A DNA stretch of 64,000 bases from Anthoceros angustus (Eukaryota; Plantae; Anthocerotophyta). The stretch spans positions 1-64,000 of the forward strand of contig MU008225.1 in NCBI GenBank assembly GCA_010909165.1, written 5' to 3'. Shown piece by piece: positions 50,110 through 61,729 of this stretch (position 1 is the stretch's first letter; each line of letters begins with the position of its first letter). The notes under the pieces are model-generated. The model did not search any database. It was not told where the DNA came from and saw nothing but the letters and a program-made list of their open reading frames with translations. The translations under genes were made by a program, and so were the position numbers.

Positions 50110-52299
50110 ATGTTCACGGTAGGAGAGAAAGGAAGTCATGGTTTGAAGCTCCCAAGCGAGATAAGAAGGCAACGGGCCTTAGGCGGGCGAGCGGATGGAG
50201 TCACGGAGGGGTTGCCCACCAAGTGATGAGCGGGAGCTCGTCATAAGGAGGTAAGGGATGTAAGATCCCATGAGAAGGCAAAGGCCTTGAGTCTCCCGGA
50301 GCAAGGGAGGAGACTTGGATATGTTGGAGGAGATGCACATAGGGGAAATGCTCAAGGTAGATATGGAAGCGCCAAGAGGAGGGTCGAATTCTTGAAGGAA
50401 GTGAGAAGACAAGAACCTATCAAGCAAGAGAAGTTGGGTAGGCGAAAGGAACCCAACGCAGGAGGATACCATGAGGATGGAAGCTCAAGTGGAACACTTG
50501 GAAAAGAATCTTGAAGCAAGACAACGAGAGGTGGACAACTATATTAGAGAGAACAAGGCTCTTACCAAGAAGCCCGGAAGAAAAGGTGAAACAACTTGCC
50601 CACATGGTGCATACATAGGAGAAGAGGCGTAAGACAATCATGCCGATGGAGGAGAGGAAGAAACAAGACAAGTCCTGTATAAATGAGGGCACAAAGGCAA
50701 GTGGAAGCACATGAGCAAGTCATGGCCACACAAGCTATGAAAATCCTTGACTTGGAAAGGGAGTTGGGGAAATCCACTAGGAGGTTGGAACTAAAGGACA
50801 AAGAGCTGGAAGAACGAGAATGGAGATGGAGCGAAGTCCAGTGTAGAGAATGCACAACTCCCTAGGAGGATAGCGGAGTTGGAGAAGGAGATAATGAGGA
50901 GGAAGACCGCCATGAGGCGTTTGTGTGACTATGTTGGTGGTGAGGGAGCGAGATTTCTGATTATGCCCTACATGAGAAGTTGATCCACCGGCCGCAGAAA
51001 AGAGTGGAGAATGTGGCTCTCCACGTCAGGATAGGTGAGTTGACCCTGGAGCGAGACGCTTTCAAAAGTAAGTGTGAGCGTGGAGTATGGCTTGAGGATT
51101 ATGAAGAATTGGAGATGGCACAACAATGATTTGCAGCCCATCTTCACAACAAGGTACTCAAGGCAACTAATGAATTGTTGCAACTTCTTGAGAGAAGGAT
51201 GTTGGGTCCTCATGATGATGATAGGATGCCCTTATGCAAGTCCAAACAAAGCCTTAGACTTGGAGAATGCCCCAAGCAACATGGGTGAAGGAACTCGCAA
51301 CAGAGAAGGAGCGAGAAGCGGAGAGGCTTCACAGAGGAAAGAACCACCTCATGAAGGGGTGGTGAAGAAGAAACGGCCCCGGTAGGAACTCCTACTGTAG
51401 GAGGAGCTCCACTGCGAGGGAGCTCTACCTGGTAGGAGGAGCTCCTACAGGAGGAGCTCCACTGGTAGGAGGAGCTCACTGCAGGAGGAGCCTACTGGGA
51501 GGAGGAGAGCTCCTACCTCTGGTAGGAGGAGCTCCACGTAGGAGGAGCTCCTACCAGCTCACTGCAGGAGGGGAGGAGCAAAAGAATTCAAAAGTGCTAG
51601 CATGGATGTGACAGGAGGAGGCGAGCACTCGGCCCGCAGAGAAGGAGAAGGGGTGGTTGATCTTGCGTGAATGGACTTACAAGGAGAAGGCCAACCTCCT
51701 AACATGGGAGCAGGAGCAAGGAGCTCACTTGCTCGACAAGTGAGACAGAGGAGCAGCCGAGTGAGCCGGTGACTAAGAGAGCCTGGGCTATTTTATTGGA
51801 GGAGGAAGCTCTAGGTAGGCAACAAGATAAGAAGGCAACAAGATTCATGAGAGTCCTAGATTTAGCTTGAAGACATGGGACAAGATGCCACTTGGAGGAG
51901 ACTCATAGAGGAACAAGCATAAATGCTTGTCAAACCAAGAGTGGTGTGTTGACTAGCTAGATAGGAACTTTGTGATGAGCCATTAAGGCTCACGAGGTGA
52001 AGTTTACTAGAATAAATTTTACCAAAGATGCTTCAATGTCGAACTTAAAGTCCGGTGAGGATACACTAAAATAAGGTGTGAGGCAAGGAAGGCGTAAGGG
52101 AGGTCATATGAGGTCCTCCTATAAAAGGAGGGAGCTTGTGAAGTAAAATTTCGTGCGCCTCCCATCCTCCCAAGTCCTTCGCTTTGTGTGCAAGAATTTC
52201 GTGCTGCAAGCCAACGCGGTTTGGTAGAGAGGAGAATGCGCCGAGTGCCGGGCGGAGGCTTTCGCAGCGCCCGCCACTGCTCCCCTTGTGAATGGTTGC
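50110..52299 (+). mobile_element. Partial long LTR, subfamily D (diverged), interrupted at 52300
   Basis: Colinear with 1620-3280 and with the reverse complement of 53000-55080. TATAAAA at 52120. Expanded GGTAGGAGGAGCTCC repeats at 51380-51570. Confidence 0.85.
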
Positions 52300-55200
52300 T
52301 GTGGAGGAAAACCCCGGCACTCCGAGATTCCCCTCTAGCGGCCACACTTATCCCAGCTGCTTTGACGCTGGGTTTCATTCCATGAGACTTGGGAACTACG
52401 AATCTTGAGAACCACCACCGCAGCTACACACTACCTCAGCCTTCTAAACAAGCAAGGCGCCTCACGCCCTCTACAGAGCCACGCCGCCTGCATCGCTTCA
52501 GAACTCACCAAACCTCAACCTACAACCCACACACAATTGCAGTGTGCCTTACGAAGGTGTCTATCACGGGCGCCTGTGGACCCCCGACCCACACCGCAAC
52601 TTCGTCCTACTCCTAAGACACTCTTCTCCACTGTGGAGCGCCTCTTACTTGCAGATTTGGGATCTGGCCTTAGGCTCGCCTGTGGCCTTCCGTTTTTCCT
52701 ATACTCTAATTCTCCTCACAACTCTCTCAATCAACAACGCCCTCTTCTTCTCTACTCATCTACCCTTCCTTCCTCCACAATCTCCTACTCTAACATCGAT
52801 TGCTGGCTCATTAATTCCAACTCGCCCTTACGGCACAACTGCATCCGTCCGGAAATTAACGAGTTCTTCCTTGGGCCGGTTGCTATGCGGTTTGTACCAG
52901 ACAGCGAGAACCTCCAGGGAGTCTTTCCCTGCAGTCTACCCTCAAGCCGAGAGTTCTTTGAGCATCGCCACACACTCAAAGCAAAACACCACAAAGAACC
53001 ATTCACAAGGGGAGCAGCTAGGGCGCTGCAAAGAGCAAGCCCTCCACCCGACCGACCGCGCGTTCTCCTCTCTCTACGACACTGCGTTGGCTTGCGACGA
53101 AATTCTGCACAAAGTGAAGGACTCGGGAGGATGGGAGCGCAAGACACGATAATTTTACTTCACAAGCTCCCTCCTTTTATAGGGAGGTCCTCACATACCT
53201 CTGGCGCCCTCCGCACGCCTTACTCCTTATTTTAGTGTATCCTATCGATTTTTAAGTTCGACATCCAAGCATCTTGGGTAAAATTCTATTCTAGCAAAAT
53301 TCACCTATGTGAGCCTTAATGGCTCTGCCAACATTCCTATCTAGCTAGTCAACACACTCTCACGACAAGCATTAATGCCCTCCTCTAAAGAAAAGTCTTC
53401 CCAAGTGGCATCTTGCCCCATGTCTTCAAGCTAATTTAAGGACTTCTTATGAATCCCTTCCTTATCTTGATGCCTATCTTGAGTTCCTTCCTCCAATAAA
53501 ATAGCCGGGCTCTCTTAGCCACCGGCTCATCCTCGACTTCTCCTCTTCCTCTCACTTGTGGAGCAAGTGAGCCTTGCTCCCTGCACCCATGTTAGGAGGT
53601 TGGTCTTCTCCTTGTGATTCTTGCTCCATTCTGCAAGATCAACCCCTCTTCCTTCTTTTCCCGCAAGGGCCAAGGTACCGCCTCCTTGCCGTCAAATCCA
53701 TGCTAGCAACCTTTGAACTGCTTCCGCCCTCCTACCATGGTAGGACCTTCTCCTACCACGGTAGGAACTCCTCCTACCACGGTAGGAGTTCCTACCGGGT
53801 CCTTTCTTCCCTCACCTTCCCGGGTGATTCTCTCCCTGTGCAGCTTCTCCGCCACTTGCTTCTCCAGGTGCAAGTTTCTTCACCCCCTGCTTGGGACACT
53901 CTCCAAGTCTAAGGCTTCCGGTTGGACTTGCATGAGGGCCTCCCTATCATCTCATGAGGTCCCAACATCCTCCTCTCAAGTCGCAACAACTCGTTAGTGG
54001 CCTTGAGCACCTTGTTGTGAAGATGGGCTGCAAATCGTTGTTGTGCCATCTCCAATTCGTAATCCTCAAGCCATACTCCATGCTCACACTTGCTTTTGTA
54101 AGCATCTCGCTAAGGCCAGCTCACCACCTTGACATGGAGAGCCACATTCTCCGTCCTCTCATTGCCATGGATCAATCTCTCTTGTAGGGCATAATCACCA
54201 ACCGCCTCCTCACCGCCAACATATGCTGCACCACCTCATGACGGCCTTTCTCCTTTGCCATTTCTTCCTCCAACTCCCCTATCCTCCTAGGGAGTTGTGC
54301 ATTCTCCGTTCTTTGGACTTCTGCTTCCATTTCCAATCTTTGGACAAAATGTGTCCGTTCTTCCAGCTCTTCTTCCTTCAATTCCAGCCTCCGTGGATTT
54401 CTCCCAGCTCCTTTTCCATGTCACTAATCTTCTGACTGTGGCTATGACCGCTCATGTGCGCCTACTTGCCTTTGTCTGCCCTCATTTGCTGCGAGATTGC
54501 TCTTGACCTTTCCTCCATTAGCAGCACTTGCTTGTCTTCCTTCTTTTCCATGTGCGCACCATGTGAGCAAGTTGCTCCACCTTCTCCTCTCGAGCTGCCA
54601 ATTGCTTGGTAAGAGCCTTGTTCTCCGAATATGATTGTTTGCCTCCTGTAGCCTTGTTTCAAGACTCTTTTCCAAGTGCTCCACTTGAGCTTCCATCCTC
54701 ATAACATCCTCCTGCCGCTGGGTTTCCGCTCGCCTACCCGCAATTTCCCTTGCTTGGTAGGTCCTTGTCTTTTCCGCCTCCGTCTTCAAGAATTCAACTC
54801 TCCTCTTGGCGGCTCCTATGTCTACCTTGCTGAACATCTCCCTTATGCGCAGCATCTCCTCCAACATGTCTAAGTCTCCTTTCTTACCTCCGGAGACTCA
54901 AGGCCTTTGCCTTGCTCATGGGATCTTACATCCCTTGCTTCCCTATGATGAGCTCCCGCTCATCCGGTGGGCAACCTCCCACCGTGACTCCGCTCGCCCA
55001 CCTAGCAGGGCCGGTTGCCTTCTTATCTCCCTTGGGAGCTTCCAAACCGTGACTTCCTTTCCTCCTACCGTGGTAGGAGGTGCTCCTACCAGTAGGAACT
55101 CCTCCTACCGTAGGAGTTCCTCTCGTTTCTTCTTCCTTACCCCTTCACAGGGTGATTCTCTCCACACAGCTTCTCCCGCTTCACTTGCTTCTCCACAGTG

Positions 55201-58200
55201 CAGTTTCTCCACCCTGCTTGGGACACTCTCCAAGTCTAAGGCTTCCGGTTGGACTTGCATGAGGGCCTCCCTATCATCGTCATGAGGTCCCAACATCCTC
55301 CTCTCGCAACAACTCGTTAGTGGCCTTGAGCACCTTGTTGTGAAGATGGGCTGCAAATCGTTGTTGTGCCATCTCCAATTCTTCGTAATCCTCAATACTC
55401 CATGCTCACACTTGCTTTTGTAAGCATCTCGCTCAAGGCCAGCTCACGGTCTTGACATGGAGCCACATTCTCCGTCCTCTCATTGCGGTTGGCGGATCAA
55501 TCTCTCTTGTAGGGCATAATCAGCCCGAAATCTACCTCCCTCACCGCCAACATATCTTTTCCGCCTCATGGCCTTTCTCCTTTGCCATTTCTTCCTCCAA
55601 CTCCCCTATCCTCCTAGGGAGTTGTGCACTCTCCGTTCTTTGGACTTCTCGTTCCATTTCCAATCTTTGGACAAAATGTGTCCGTTCTTCCAGCTCTTCT
55701 TCCTTCAATTCCAGCCTCCGTGGTTTCTCCCAGCTCCTTTTCCATGTCACTAATCTTCCCACTGTGTGGCTATGACCGCTCATGTCGCCTACTTGCCTTT
55801 GTCTTGTCCTCATTTCTTTCGAGATTGCTCTCGTCTTGACCTTTCCTCCATTAGCAGCACTTGCTTGTCTTCCTTCTTTTCCCATATGCGCACCATGTGA
55901 GCAAGTTGCTCCACCTTCTCCTCTCGAGCTGCCAATTGCTTGGTAAGAGCCTTGTTCTCCGAATATGATTGTTTGCCTGTGCCTTGTTTCAAGACTCTTT
56001 TCCAAGTGCTCCTTGAGCTTCCATCCTCATAACATCCTCCACGCCTGGGTTTCCGCTCGCCTACCGCAATTTCCCTTGCTTGGTAGGTCCTTGTCTTCTC
56101 CGTCTTCAAGAATTCAACTCTCCTCTTGGCGGCTCCTATGTCTACCTTCTTGAACATCTCCCTATGCGCATCTCCTCCAACATGTCTAAGTCTCCTTTCT
56201 TACCTCCGGGAGACTCAAGGCCTTTGCCTTGCTCATGGGATCTTACATCCCTTGCTTCCCTATGATGAGCTCCCGCTCATCACTTGGTGAACTCCTCCCA
56301 CCGTGACTCCGCTCGCCCACCTAGCAGGGCCGGTTGCCTTCTTATCTCCTCTTGGGAGCTTCCAAACCGTGACTTCCTTTCCCTCCTACCGTGGTAGGAG
56401 GTGCTCTCCAGTAGGACTACTTCCTACCGTGGTAGGACTAATCGCCACCGTAGGCCTTGTCATGAGGACGAAGGGGTCCCAAACCACGTGGGAACACCTC
56501 CCACCCTCGCGGAGATTCGCCATGGTAGGATCTATCCTACCTTCCATCTCCGCATCCTCCGCGTCCAAACTTCAAATCCCCTACAACTTCTCCTTGCAAG
56601 TCCTCCGCATCCTCCGGCCTATCTTTGGAGGATTCCTTCCGGCAATAATGTCCGGTGGTGCTGCGGCACCTCCTCCTTTAGCCGCAAAGCACCAAGCACT
56701 CCTGTCCCTCTCGCTGTAAGTACACAATGTTAAAGGGATGCTTGGAATCATCCAACTCCTTACTTGTGAGTAGCCCTCTACTTCCCACAAATGCACTAGA
56801 TAAGTGCTAAGATAGCATGGCCTTGGACTGCCTTCATCCGACGGTTTCGAACTTCTCGGTGGTAGGTGTATGCTTCATACATGATGAGCCCCAATCCGGC
56901 TTCGCTCCTTGAGTGATCTTCCATAGAAAATGGAGGAAGGTAGTGCTGAAATATGACACCTTGGATTGCTCACCAAGCCCAAAACAATTCTTGTGAACAA
57001 TCTCCACTTGGGCTCCAAGATTTGGTCCGTCCAACCGTTCTTGGACTTAGCCTTCATGCCCTTGCATAAGTGTAAGGGCTCCCTTGGGAAGATCCGCCGT
57101 TGATGCACGCTTGCCTCCAATCGTTCCTTCCATCAACGTGATTCCGCTATCCTCGCTATCCGGCACCGCCATATGCGTATGCTCCTTACAATCCAACACC
57201 GTGGATCCGTCCGTGCGTTCTATCCGGTAAGGCGGCCAATTCCTCTTCTCTGCTGCAAATTAGCAAAACACTCCTCTATCAATTCAAGGTTGGTGTAGGA
57301 CCAATAGCCCATACACCCACTCTAGCTATTCTCCTCTGCTGCCCAAGGTCGAAAGTCGAAAGGTCTCTAGAGGATAGCTGGTGCATAGCACGTAAACAAG
57401 GGCATGTCAAATTTCCACCTCCGGTCATCCTCCCGCCTTAGACCTCTTGCTCCTGCGCCACCTCCTTGGTGGACGCTCCTTCCTTAGCTACTACCTCCTT
57501 GCCCTTGGTCATGGTGGGCTTGGTCATGGCCTCCTTGGTTAGTACTTGCACGAAATTGAAGAAAAGTGATGCCTCTCCTGCAATTCCTGCGGCTCACCCT
57601 TCTTATCCTTGCAGTTTCTCCTCCTCGGTGATTTGCTCTTGCTCACAGCTCAAAAGGTCCTTGCCCTTGCCTCCTCCTGCAGTCCTTACACCTTGGCGTC
57701 CCGAAACCCCGATTTCTCCTGCAGAAAGCTCACCAAAATTCCCCGGACTCTTACACTTGCCACGGCAATTTAGGAGCCCTTCCTGCACGGTTTCCTAGCA
57801 ATCTTGCCACGCTCCACCCTCCTAGGCACCCTCACGAGCTTGGCAAGTGATGCGCCCCAACCTTCTTCTCCCTTCTCTTCTTCCTCAATTCCTCGCCGCT
57901 CCTTGCGCCTCTTCCACCTCCTAGCTCACGCCTTCTTCTTCACCTTGCCACAAGCCACCTGGCCTTGCACCCAGCCTCCCAAGCACCAACTCTCCCATGA
58001 TTTACACCTCCTACCACGGTAGGAGTTTCTCCTCACGGCACAATTTAGGAGCCCTTCCTTCACAATTTCCTAGCAATCTTGCCACGCTCCACCCTCCTAC
58101 CTCACGAGCTTGGCAAGTGTTGGGTTGCCAACCTTCTTCTCCCTTCTCTTCTTCCTCAATTCCTCCTTCTTCCTCTCTTGGGCGCACAGCCTTCCTCCTC

Positions 58201-60965
58201 GCTGAGCTCACGCCTTCTTCTTCACCTTGCCACAAGCCACCTGGCCTTGCACCTCCTTCAAGCACCAACTCTGTTATGATTTGCGCTCCTCCAAAGTTCC
58301 TGGGCTTACACTTGTGGTTTGGGGCCTTTCCTTCACAATTTCCTAGCAATCTTGCCACGCTCCACCCTCCTTCTCCTCCTGCAGTTAGAGGTGTGGGCCT
58401 GCACCTCGTTCCTTCCTCTTTCTCTTTTCCTCCTTCAACTTGCGCCTCCTTCTTCCTCAACATGGGCGTGCACGGGCGCTGTATGGGGCCTTGGGCAGCT
58501 TGAGGTGTGGCGGCGCCTTCTGCGAGGCCGCCTCAAGTTTACGAGTTGTGGCCTCTCTGCACCGACCACTTTTATAAGTCACCCAAGGGTTAGAAAAGTA
58601 ACTACCATTCTATCCTGCCCTTGGATGTGTGCCACGTGGCCCCTTTCTCACCGTTGATGTTAGTTTCCTAATTCCTTATACTAAAATACCATTTCCCTAT
58701 TTTCTAATTTCTAATTATTGAAAATTAGCCTCTAATTTCTTAATTACCTATTTTGGCCTATTTATCTAGTCCACTAAAAGACTCTATATATAGCAAGCCT
58801 ATCCCTAAAACATAAGCTACTTCCTTAGCAACCTATCTCCTACCGTGGTAGGACATCCTCCTACCATGGTAGGCGTTTTCCCTTTCTCCTACCACGGTAG
58901 GAGTTACTCCTACGTAGGATACCTTCCTACCTCCTACCATGGTAGGAGAATCCCACTGGTAGGTGATCAAAACACTAGCGGTCATTCTCCTACGGTGGTA
59001 GGATCTCTCCTACCCTCGTCTACCATGGTAGGAGTTTCTCCTCGGTGGTAGGTGTATGCTTCATACATGATGAGCCCCAATCCGGCTTCGCTCCTTGAGT
59101 GATCTTCCATAGAAAATGGAGGAAGGTAGTCTTGAAATATGACACCTTGGATTGCTCACCAAGCCCAAAACAATTCTTGTGAACAATCTCCACTTGGGCT
59201 CCAAGATTTGGTCTCAAACCGTTCTTGGACTTAGCCTTCATGCCCTTGCATAAGTGTAAGGGCTCCCTTGGGAAGATCCGCCGTTGATGCGCTTGCCTCC
59301 TCGTTCCTTCCATCAGCGTGATTCCGCTATCCTCGCTATCCACGCCATATACCTGGCGTATGCTCCTTACAATCCAACACCGTGGATCCGTCCGTGCGTT
59401 CTATCCGGTAGGCGGCCAATTCCTCTTCTCTGCTGCAAATTAGCAAAACACTCCTCTATCAATTCAAGGTTGGTGGTTGGTGACCAATGTCGCCCATACA
59501 CCCACTCTAGAATATTCTCTCTGCTGCCCAAGGTCGAAAGTCGAAAGGTCTCTAGAGGATAGCTGGCCTGCATATGCGTAAATAAGGGCATGTCAAATTT
59601 CCACCCTCAGGGGTCGATCCTCACCTTAGACCTCTTGCCGTTCTGCGCCACCTCCTTGGTGGACGCTCCTTCCTTAGCTACTACCTCCTTGCCCTTGGTC
59701 ATGGTAGGCTTGGTCATGGCCTCCTTGGTTAGTACTTGCAAATTGAAGAAAAGTGATGCCTCTCCTGCAATTCCTGCGGCCTTGCCACTTCTCCTATCCT
59801 TGCTCTTGCTCACAGCTCAAGGTCCTTGCCCTTGCTCTCCTCCTGCAGTCCTTACACCTTGGCGTCCCGAAACCCCGATTTCTCCTGCAGAAAGCTCACC
59901 AAAATTCCCCGGACTCTTACACCTTGCCACAATTTAGGAGCCCTTCCTGCACGGTTTCCTAGCAATCTTGCCACGCTCCACCCTCCTAGGCACCCTCACG
60001 AGCTTGGCAAGTGTTGGGTTCGCCCCAACCTTCTTCTCCCTTCTCTTCTTCCTCTTTTCCTCCTTCTTCCTCTCTTGGGCGCAGTTTACGCCTCCTTCTT
60101 GAGCTTGCGCCCTCCTTCTCCTCCTCACCGGGCGCGTGTGCGGTAGCGTTGCTGTATGGGGCCTTAGCTTGAGGTGTGGCGGCGCCTTCTGCTGTGGTAG
60201 TCTCCTCAAGTTTACGAGTTGTGGCCTCCTGCGGGCACTGCGACCACTTTTATAAGTCACCCAAGGGTTAGAAAAGTAACTACCATTCTATCACCTTGCC
60301 CTTGGATGTGTGCCACGTGGCCCCTTTCTCACCGTTGATGTTAGTTTCCTAATTTCCTTATACTAAAATACCATTTCCCTATTTTCTAATTTCTAATTAC
60401 TGAAAATTAGCCTCTAATTTCTTAATTACCTATTTTGGCCTATTTATCTAGTCCACTAAAAGACTCTATATATAGCAAGCCTATCTTGCCTAAAACATAA
60501 GCTACTTCCTTAGCAACCTATCTCCTCCGTGGTAGGACATCCTCCTACCATGGTGGCGTTTTCCCTTTCTCCTACCACGGTAGGAGTTACTCTGACGGTG
60601 GGATGCCTTCCTACCCTCTCCTACCATGGTAGGAGCTATTCCCTACTGGTAGGTGATCAAAACACTAGCGGTCATTCTCCTCGGTGGTAGGATCTCTCCT
60701 ACCCTCGTCTACCATGGTAGGAGTTTCTCCTCGGTGGTAGGACACCTCCTACCACTCATGTAGGTTACCTTTTCTCCTCACCAGAGGTCGTTTTGACCCG
60801 TTTCTTTTCCTGCATATCCTCTGCCTTCCGACATGGTCCTACAACTCCCGCTCAAAAGGAGCAAAAATTTCCTTGCATGTCTTCACCAAACCATTTCTAG
60901 CAAAGAGTGTGGGCTGTTCAAAGCAAACTCATTTAAGCTTGTTGCCCAAACTTTTGCGTTCCACA
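52300..60965 (-). mobile_element. 8.7-kb 3' LTR (subfamily D) with two internal tandem duplications
   Basis: Begins (minus strand) TGTGGAACGC directly after the PPT and ends GTTTTCCTCCACA at 52300. Both termini match the TSD-defined solo LTR 9777-14663. Confidence 0.85.
55100..58463 (-). CDS. LTR-internal coding unit (charged repeats, globular domain, coiled coil), frameshifted
   Basis: Minus-strand TATAAAA at ~58570-58576, ATG at 58463 (MLRKKEAQVE...), then NLELIEECF, CYLSTYLVHLW and the coiled coil. Confidence 0.55.
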
Positions 60966-60979
60966 TACTCCCCTCCTCA
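60966..60979 (-). promoter_or_regulatory. Polypurine tract (duplicated at ~60995-61008)
   Basis: Minus strand TGAGGAGGGGAGTA immediately precedes TGTGG. Confidence 0.85.
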
Positions 60980-61029
60980 CTGTTTGCGTCCACATACTCC
61001 CCTCCTCACTGTTTGCGTCCTCGCAAACA

Positions 61030-61720
61030 CAGATCTCTGAAGGTACTTCTTAACCTTCCACCCATTCACTCTAGTTGGCCAAATCCCCATCCGGCTGCGT
61101 GGTTGCGGATCCATTCTCATACTGCCACCACCTCATAAGGTCCCATCCATCTCAATCTAAGCTTCCAGGAAGTCCATATAACGGCTATCATATAGAAGAA
61201 CCAAATCCCGGCCATGATAGCTTCTTGCTTCCTCAACTTCCCATCATGCCTATCCTTTCTAAGCTCTGAATTTGAGTTTCTTCTAAAGCATCTTCCCTCG
61301 TTCCTCATGCTCTATGAAAGACTCTAGTCTAACTTCCCACTATCCTCTGATCATCGCTCATCCTCCATGATTCTATAGGTAGGTACTTCAAATTCCAGCA
61401 TCACGGAGACATGCCATATGTTAAATAATAAGAGGTCTTCTTGGTTGTCACCTTCACTCTCCTAATGCCTGCATCTAAGATCTTCTTCACCGTGATTTGC
61501 TGAATAATGGCCCAACCTCTTACGCATGCAAAGCTTCTTTAAGAAGCTTCCTTCCTTCAAACAACGTCGGATCTTCTCATCCAAACCAAGCTTGTATAAG
61601 ACCCCATCTCTTAGACAATAAGGCTGCTCTAGGGAGAAAGACAGCACGCCCTTCCCTAGACAAACTATCCAACATGATTCCGTGCTCCAAGAAATTTCAT
61701 ACCTCACCATTCAATAACAT
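61030..61720 (-). pseudogene. Ty3/Gypsy integrase N- and C-terminal fragments (core apparently deleted)
   Basis: Y.LRDGVLYKLGLDEKIRRCL...GHYSANH (61462-61710) and KLRLRWMGPYEVVAV (GPY/F motif, ~61120-61165). Confidence 0.8.
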
Positions 61721-61729
61721 GGACATGGG

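Noticed and set aside
52405-53235. 276-aa ORF (and 3315-4061, 248 aa)
   Set aside because: Antisense to the LTR R/U5 region. The frame is not maintained among the LTR copies and no domain is recognisable.
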